Source: Spirochaetae bacterium HGW-Spirochaetae-5
Lineage (GTDB): Bacteria > Spirochaetota > UBA4802 > UBA5550
Assembly (NCBI GenBank): GCA_002839285.1
Contig: PGXT01000027.1
Coordinates: 22,908 to 44,962, forward strand
Reading direction: 5' to 3'
Length of the DNA stretch: 22,055 nucleotides
Positions 16,872-22,055 of this stretch are shown here, piece by piece. A model generated the notes under the pieces. It searched no databases. It saw only the letters and a program-made list of their open reading frames with translations, and was not told the DNA's origin. Position 1 is the first letter of the stretch. The number at the start of each line of letters is the position of its first letter. Both the position numbers and the translations under genes were made by a program.

Positions 16872-17529
16872 TATGAAGTTCCAGATATTTCATCTTTACC
16901 AGTTTCAATGTCTCCCAGGCTGGACGTTTAAGCTCGGGATTTTTTATCAGTGATATTGTATGCTCTGTATTAAACCATGTTATACCTTTACTGGAATTTA
17001 CAACGCTCTGAATAGGGAGGATTTCACCCATAACAATAACCAGACGGGGTTTTATAAGATCAACCTCCCTCTGAAGAATTTTTGTACAGTTCTTAACCAT
17101 GTCGCTCGGTTTAAATAATGCGTTGCCCGTTTCGCATTTAATCAGGTTTGTAACATAACACTCTTTCATCTCAAGACCGATTGCCGAAACCATTTTTTTA
17201 AGAAGTTCAACTGACTCAGCTCTGTGGATACTCATTTCAATCCGGTTGGCCATTCGCGGTGCATTAAGTATAATCATCACTCCATTGGCTCCTGAGCCGA
17301 ATGGATTTTTTCTTTCAATAATATCCGGGCAGGCTTTACATTCAGATATTTTAAAGTCAGCGGTAATATCCTGAATGATTGAAATTTTCGCCGTTTCGGT
17401 CTTCGGTTTAAGTAATTCAATAAGATAATTTAATTCATCTTCCCCCTTATACAGAAGGGTGTTCTTCATCACTCTCCGGTCCTTAAGCAGATTGATTAAA
17501 GATTCAGCTGTTTTATAATTTTTCAACAT
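16858..17529 (-). CDS. Uracil-DNA glycosylase superfamily protein, family 4/5-like with Fe-S cysteines and a divergent motif A
   Basis: Aligns to Thermus UDGA. CKACPD matches [35 protein letters not shown] matches [38 protein letters not shown] matches HPAYLLRNP. The GEGPG motif is replaced by LNAPRM. An alternative start at ATG 17469 (MKNTL...) has a better RBS (ccGGAGagtgATG). Confidence 0.7.
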   Translation of the reverse strand: [223 protein letters not shown]

Positions 17530-18874
17530 TGATATTGTACTGTTTTATTTTTCTGTGGAGATTAGTTCTCTCTATATCGAGTTCCCGTGCCGTCACGGAA
17601 ACATTACCTTCATTCTTTTTAAGCGCAGCGATTATATAATCTTTTTCAAAAGCCTCTCTTGTCTCCTTCAAAGATCCGCCGGCATAATTAACCTCACGGG
17701 TATGATCTTTCCCGCCTGAACCGATATTTTTCTGAATATCTTCAGCTTTGATCTCTTCAGTGGAGACCATTATCACCACTCTTTCAATAATATTTTTCAA
17801 CTCCCTTACATTACCCGGCCATGGATATTCTTTTAAAAACTCCATCCCGTCTTCAGTGATAACCTTTTTTCCGGTTCCATGTTCCTGGGAAAACCGTTCA
17901 ATAAAATAATTTATAAGAACTTCTATATCATCCTTTCTTTCAGTCAACCGGGGGACATGAATAGGGATAACATTAAGTCTGTAATAAAGATCCTCCCTGA
18001 ACTTCCCCTCGGCAATCGCCTTGGGAATATCAACATTTGTTGCCGCAATAACCCTAACATCTACAGTAATTGTTTCACTCCCCCCGACCCTTTCAAACTG
18101 CTGTTCCTGAAGCACACGGAGAACTTTCGCCTGGGCTGACAAGCTCATATCACAGACTTCATCAAGAAAGAGAGTCCCGCCGTCGGCAAGCTCAAACTTT
18201 CCAAGTCTTCTCCCTACTGCACCGGTAAAGGAACCTCTTTCATGTCCGAATAATTCACTCTCAATAAGTTCATCAGGTATAGCTGCACAGTTCATCTTCA
18301 GAAACGGCTTATCCGATCTGTTTGAGAGCTGGAATATTGCCTTAGCGACCAGTTCTTTTCCTGTACCGCTCTCGCCTGTGATAAGAACTCTTGCATTTGT
18401 CTTCGCGGCTCTTCTTATAATATCTTTAATTTCATTAACATGATTTGAATATCCGATCATGTCATCATCAACAAATGATTTCTTTTTTAGCTTAATATTT
18501 TCACGGCGAAGCCTCACCTGCTCCAGGGCATTGTTTACAGATGTTACAAGCCTGTCAAGGGATGGGGGTTTCTCCAGAAAATCAAATGCCCCGATCCTTG
18601 TAGACCGGACAGCTATATCAATAGAACCATGTCCGCTGATCATTATCGCGGCGGATTCCGGATACATTTTTTTTATCTTTTCAAGCAGCTCAATTCCGTC
18701 AGCATCGGGGAGCCATACATCAAGTATGATAAGATCAACTTCATTTTTTTTCAGAAATGATAAAGCCTCTTCACCATTCTTTCCCGAAAATACAACATGA
18801 CCTTCATCCTGAAGTATCGGTGTCATGGAATTTATTATATTTTCTTCATCATCTACAATTAATATTCTTGCCAT
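17513..18874 (-). CDS. Sigma-54-dependent Fis-family response regulator (NtrC/NtrX-like): REC, AAA+ and HTH domains
   Basis: 453 aa. Receiver domain with the phospho-acceptor Asp in LIILDVWLPDADG. Walker A GESGTGKE, Walker B LFLDEV, sigma-54 contact ESELFGHERGSFTGA, and a C-terminal Fis-type HTH. Its start overlaps the kinase stop by 1 nt (TAATG). Confidence 0.9.
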   Translation of the reverse strand: MARILIVDDEENIINSMTPILQDEGHVVFSGKNGEEALSFLKKNEVDLIILDVWLPDADGIELLEKIKKMYPESAAIMISGHGSIDIAVRSTRIGAFDFLEKPPSLDRLVTSVNNALEQVRLRRENIKLKKKSFVDDDMIGYSNHVNEIKDIIRRAAKTNARVLITGESGTGKELVAKAIFQLSNRSDKPFLKMNCAAIPDELIESELFGHERGSFTGAVGRRLGKFELADGGTLFLDEVCDMSLSAQAKVLRVLQEQQFERVGGSETITVDVRVIAATNVDIPKAIAEGKFREDLYYRLNVIPIHVPRLTERKDDIEVLINYFIERFSQEHGTGKKVITEDGMEFLKEYPWPGNVRELKNIIERVVIMVSTEEIKAEDIQKNIGSGGKDHTREVNYAGGSLKETREAFEKDYIIAALKKNEGNVSVTARELDIERTNLHRKIKQYNINVEKL

Positions 18875-20646
18875 TAAACAACTCCTATTTGCGCCGGGAA
18901 CATAAATGTAAATTCAGCGCCCTGTCCCTCTTTAGACCGGCAGTAAATTTTTCCGTCATGCTCCAGTATAATTTTTTCAACAATAGCAAGCCCCAGGCCT
19001 GTTCCGGTTTTCTTCAAAGTAAAACCGGGTTCAAAAATTTTATCAATATCATCCGCTTTTATACCGGGCCCGTTATCCTTAACAGTCACCACCTGATAGC
19101 AATCTGAATCATCTATCCCGGTTGTAATAATAATAATCCCGTTTTCATGGAATGCCTGTATTGCATTACTGATAATATTGTTTAAAGCCTGCCTGACCAG
19201 ACTTCTGTCAATCAGAATATCCGGAAGATTCTCTTCTCTGTTGAAAATGAATTCAACATTATCATAACTGTTAAAAAGCAGAATACTCTCATCAATTAGA
19301 GTATTAAGATTTGACAATTCTGCTTTTTTAACGGGGAGTCGGGCGAAGTTATTAAACTCACTTACAAGCTTCAGTAATGAATTCACTTCAGTAATAATAG
19401 TTTCCGATCCTGTAATTACAGCACTCTGCATATTCGGATTACCCTCTTTAACCAGTTTCCTCATCCTCTCGGCAGAAAGTCTGATAGGAGTAAGAGGGTT
19501 TTTAATTTCATGGACAAGCTTCCTTGCCATTTCATTCCAGGCTTCGAGTTTCTGTTTCTGAAACATGAACTTCTGGTTTTCATCCAGCTGCTTTGCCATG
19601 GAGTTAAAAGCATCAACAAGCACACCAATCTCATCGTCGCTTCTTTTTTCAATATGCATCTTATTATTACCCATGGCGATCTGCTTTGAAGCAGATGAAA
19701 GCTCAAGAACAGGACGTACAATATTTCCGGAGATGTATATACTTATCAGATATGCTATGCCGACGATTACAATAGATATGAGCATCAAAAATGATCCGGT
19801 ACCTGTTTCAAAATACTCCTTCTGACTTTCGATCCGCCTGTAATCATCTCTCGCCTGAAGAAAAAGTTCTTCATTGACTTTTATCTCATCAGAAAGAGGG
19901 AGGTAAACAACAACCATCAGATCCCGGTACCTGAACATCCCGCTGACTATATCATGACTGTCAATTTTGATCCGGTCCACTCTGATACCGGGTAATCCGG
20001 AAGCACTATAAAATCTATATAACTTATAATTATCAACGTGGGCTGATGTTTGAGCATTCCCTGTAATCTGAAGAGCGCCATTAACGGCCTTGAAAAATAT
20101 AATTTTTAATTCAGAATTTCTGTATGTAGCTGTAATTCTTTCTAAATCGTTCTGGTCTGTCTTCAGCATAAAATTATCGAAAAGAAATCTTGCGGTTTTA
20201 AGCTCCGAAGTTACCTCTTTCTCAATCCGGTAATAAGCATCATGAGTAAGATCAACCGATTTTTCCAGAGCACTCATGGTTCTTCCGCTGAACATTTTTG
20301 AAAGACTTTTGTTAAAATAGTTGCTCGATATAATTACAATGGGCATGGCGGAGAGCACGGCAATAAAGACGAATGAAAGTGTTATTTTTTTCTTAATACT
20401 TTCCGGAATATCTGCTGTATTAATATTCAGACTTCTCCGGAAAGACATAACAATAAAATATATTCCCGCTATAATCGGAATAGTCATCATTGTTGTTATA
20501 AAAAAGTTTTCATCCACGAGACCGGCATTTAAACGGCCCGGGAACAGACCGATAATAAGAATAGATGAGAATATAATTATACCGACAAGAAATAGAATGT
20601 CCTGTACTGAATTTTTACTCTTTATTTTTTTTTTGTCTGAGGACAA
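18874..20646 (-). CDS. Sensor histidine kinase (4 TM, HAMP, HisKA, HATPase_c; NtrY/AtoS-like architecture)
   Basis: 590 aa. TTG start with RBS AGGAAG 5 nt upstream. Three N-terminal TM helices, a domain of about 170 aa, a fourth TM helix, then a HAMP domain. H-box HEIKNPLTPIRLSAERM, N-box ALNNIISNAIQAF, G1 VKDNGPGI, G2 GTGLGLAIV. Confidence 0.9.
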   Translation of the reverse strand: MSSDKKKIKSKNSVQDILFLVGIIIFSSILIIGLFPGRLNAGLVDENFFITTMMTIPIIAGIYFIVMSFRRSLNINTADIPESIKKKITLSFVFIAVLSAMPIVIISSNYFNKSLSKMFSGRTMSALEKSVDLTHDAYYRIEKEVTSELKTARFLFDNFMLKTDQNDLERITATYRNSELKIIFFKAVNGALQITGNAQTSAHVDNYKLYRFYSASGLPGIRVDRIKIDSHDIVSGMFRYRDLMVVVYLPLSDEIKVNEELFLQARDDYRRIESQKEYFETGTGSFLMLISIVIVGIAYLISIYISGNIVRPVLELSSASKQIAMGNNKMHIEKRSDDEIGVLVDAFNSMAKQLDENQKFMFQKQKLEAWNEMARKLVHEIKNPLTPIRLSAERMRKLVKEGNPNMQSAVITGSETIITEVNSLLKLVSEFNNFARLPVKKAELSNLNTLIDESILLFNSYDNVEFIFNREENLPDILIDRSLVRQALNNIISNAIQAFHENGIIIITTGIDDSDCYQVVTVKDNGPGIKADDIDKIFEPGFTLKKTGTGLGLAIVEKIILEHDGKIYCRSKEGQGAEFTFMFPAQIGVV

Positions 20647-20675
20647 AATTACTTCCTGGAGAGATTATATTTTAT

Positions 20676-20939
20676 TCAGACTTTAAAATCATTTTCAATC
20701 AGATTGAGGATGTAACTGACAAGTTCATGTTCACCCTCTCCGCTTGCTCTTATCTTCAGTTTTGATCCTGAAATTATTGCAAGACCAAGAACGGACATTA
20801 TTGATTTACCGTCGGCTTCTATATCATCTTTAATCAGCGTAATTTCACATTGATACTTCATTGCCTCACGTACAATCATCATGGCAGGTCTGGCATGAAT
20901 ACCCGCATCACTATTTACAACAACATCTCTTTCAACCAT
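20676..20939 (-). CDS. ptsH: Phosphocarrier protein HPr
   Basis: 87 aa. His15 motif GIHARPA, and the Ser46 region GKSIMSVLGL (the HprK target). TAATG overlap with hprK. Confidence 0.9.
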   Translation of the reverse strand: MVERDVVVNSDAGIHARPAMMIVREAMKYQCEITLIKDDIEADGKSIMSVLGLAIISGSKLKIRASGEGEHELVSYILNLIENDFKV

Positions 20940-21883
20940 TACTTCCCACCTTCATTGATAATCCATTTTTTAATCCGTTCATCCAGTTCTCTGGCCGAAT
21001 TAATTCCTACTTTCTTCAGTCTCTGATTTAATGCTGCTGTTTCAATAATTATCGGAATATTTCTTCCCGGACGTACCGGCACTGTAATATATGGAACATC
21101 TATATCCAATATTGTATATTTCTTCTCATCAAGACCGAGTCTGTCATATTCAGTGGATGAATCCCACTCTTCAAGGAGTATAACCATCTCTATACGTTTC
21201 CTGTTTCTGACAGATCTTATACCGAAAATTTCACGGACATTTACAATCCCTATTCCCCGGATTTCAATATGGTGTTTTAATATCTCTGAGCCCCCCCCCA
21301 TAAGAAGTGACTCATCTATTTTCTTGACAACAACCATATCGTCACCAACCAGCCTGTGACCCCTCTCTATGAGCTCCAGAGCAGTCTCGCTCTTGCCAAC
21401 CCCGCTTTTACCGGTTAGAAGAACACCGACTCCAAAGACATCCACCAGAGTTGCATGTAGAGTTACGCTCTCGGCAAAAATTTCATCAATAACGTGAACA
21501 AAAAGCGTTATAAATCTTGTAGTACTTCTTTTTGAAAGAAAAATAGGAATATTTCTCTTTTCGGCATATTCAAGAAAAAGATCATCGGGCCTGTATTCAT
21601 AGGTAAATATACAGCATAAAACCGGATAACTGAAAAAATCATCATACACCTTAATCTTCTGTTCCGGACTGAGCTGATTCATGAAAGCCGTTTCACCCTG
21701 ACCGAAAATCTGAATCCTGTCATAGGCGAAATAATCAAAAAAACCCGCAAGAGCAAGCCCGGGTCTGTTCAGCTCACCCGTTTTAATCTCCTTATCGAGA
21801 CCGCCTTCACCTGCGAGTAAACGGAGCTGAAGATCAATCCGCCCTATCCCATCAATAAAATATCTTAATGTAAGTTTTCCCAT
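20939..21883 (-). CDS. hprK: HPr kinase/phosphorylase
   Basis: 314 aa. Collinear with B. subtilis HprK: GVGVLLTGKSGVGKSETALELIERGHRLVGDD (P-loop), EIRGIGIVNV, and PVRPGRNIPIIIETAALNQRLK. Confidence 0.95.
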   Translation of the reverse strand: MGKLTLRYFIDGIGRIDLQLRLLAGEGGLDKEIKTGELNRPGLALAGFFDYFAYDRIQIFGQGETAFMNQLSPEQKIKVYDDFFSYPVLCCIFTYEYRPDDLFLEYAEKRNIPIFLSKRSTTRFITLFVHVIDEIFAESVTLHATLVDVFGVGVLLTGKSGVGKSETALELIERGHRLVGDDMVVVKKIDESLLMGGGSEILKHHIEIRGIGIVNVREIFGIRSVRNRKRIEMVILLEEWDSSTEYDRLGLDEKKYTILDIDVPYITVPVRPGRNIPIIIETAALNQRLKKVGINSARELDERIKKWIINEGGK

Positions 21884-21955
21884 GGTAGATTTATCTCACT
21901 ATATCATTTTCTTTCCAGCAAAAAAATATAAAACAGAATAAAAAAAGAGAAACTG

Positions 21956-22029
21956 CTCAAAAACCAGCGGTAAAATTGTTCTCCGCCGAGCCGAAGGCGC
22001 GGCGGAGATAAAAACCACCAGTTTTTGAG
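21956..22029. repeat. Nested palindromic element upstream of hprK: 27 nt hairpin CTCCGCCG-aGCCgaaGGCg-CGGCGGAG (21981-22007) inside a 9 bp inverted repeat CTCAAAAAC (21956-21964)/GTTTTTGAG (22021-22029); direct repeat AAAACCA on both sides
   Basis: Seen in sequence. The inner hairpin shares the 10-mer GCCGAAGGCG and a GAA triloop with the hairpin at 3368-3390. It lies 73 nt upstream of the hprK start and is cut close by the window edge. Confidence 0.4.
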
Positions 22030-22055
22030 TAGATAAAAAATTTATTTGTCTTGCG

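Noticed and set aside
21956-22029. Calling the hprK-upstream element a mobile element or MITE because of its flanking direct repeat AAAACCA and nested inverted repeats
   Set aside because: There is only one copy in the window and no transposase nearby. The repeats are short and A-rich, so they could arise by chance. I report it as a structured or repeat element rather than a mobile element.
1-22055. CRISPR arrays, rRNA/tRNA genes, transposases, integrases, toxin-antitoxin or known defence genes
   Set aside because: I found no regularly spaced direct repeats. I saw no ORF with DDE, tyrosine-recombinase or serine-recombinase signatures. The dGTPase here is the short housekeeping form embedded in a biosynthetic operon, not in a defence-island context.

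Overview
A 22 kb stretch of a low-GC (about 40%) bacterial chromosome, densely packed with housekeeping-type genes. I cannot assign a lineage from the sequence alone. HprK/HPr without PTS permeases, a sigma-54 activator and a large TPR protein would fit an FCB-group/Ignavibacteria-like or spirochaete-like organism, but that is speculation.

I call 19 protein-coding loci.

Plus strand: a cytidylate-kinase-like protein, a tocopherol-cyclase-family protein and an outer-membrane beta-barrel; an NfeD-flotillin-alpha/beta-hydrolase run; an enoyl-CoA hydratase; and ribH-nusB-TPR-dgt-DUF1285-VKOR/thioredoxin.

Minus strand: a rhodanese, a DMT/EamA transporter, and a tightly overlapping six-gene operon hprK-ptsH-sensor kinase-sigma54 response regulator-UDG-like-priA.

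I found no rRNA or tRNA, no CRISPR array, and no transposase, integrase or obvious defence island, so this does not look like an accessory region.

The things most worth a second look are:
- priA is broken: an internal deletion of roughly 30 codons removes the invariant DExH (Walker B) helicase motif, and there is a frameshift.
- GC-rich palindromic hairpins sharing the 10-mer GCCGAAGGCG sit in AT-rich promoter regions, one nested inside a larger inverted repeat upstream of hprK.
- A compact GC-rich three-stem element of about 76 nt lies downstream of the enoyl-CoA hydratase gene.
- The UDG-superfamily gene ahead of priA has its catalytic motif A replaced.
- A tocopherol-cyclase-family gene appears in a context that does not look phototrophic.
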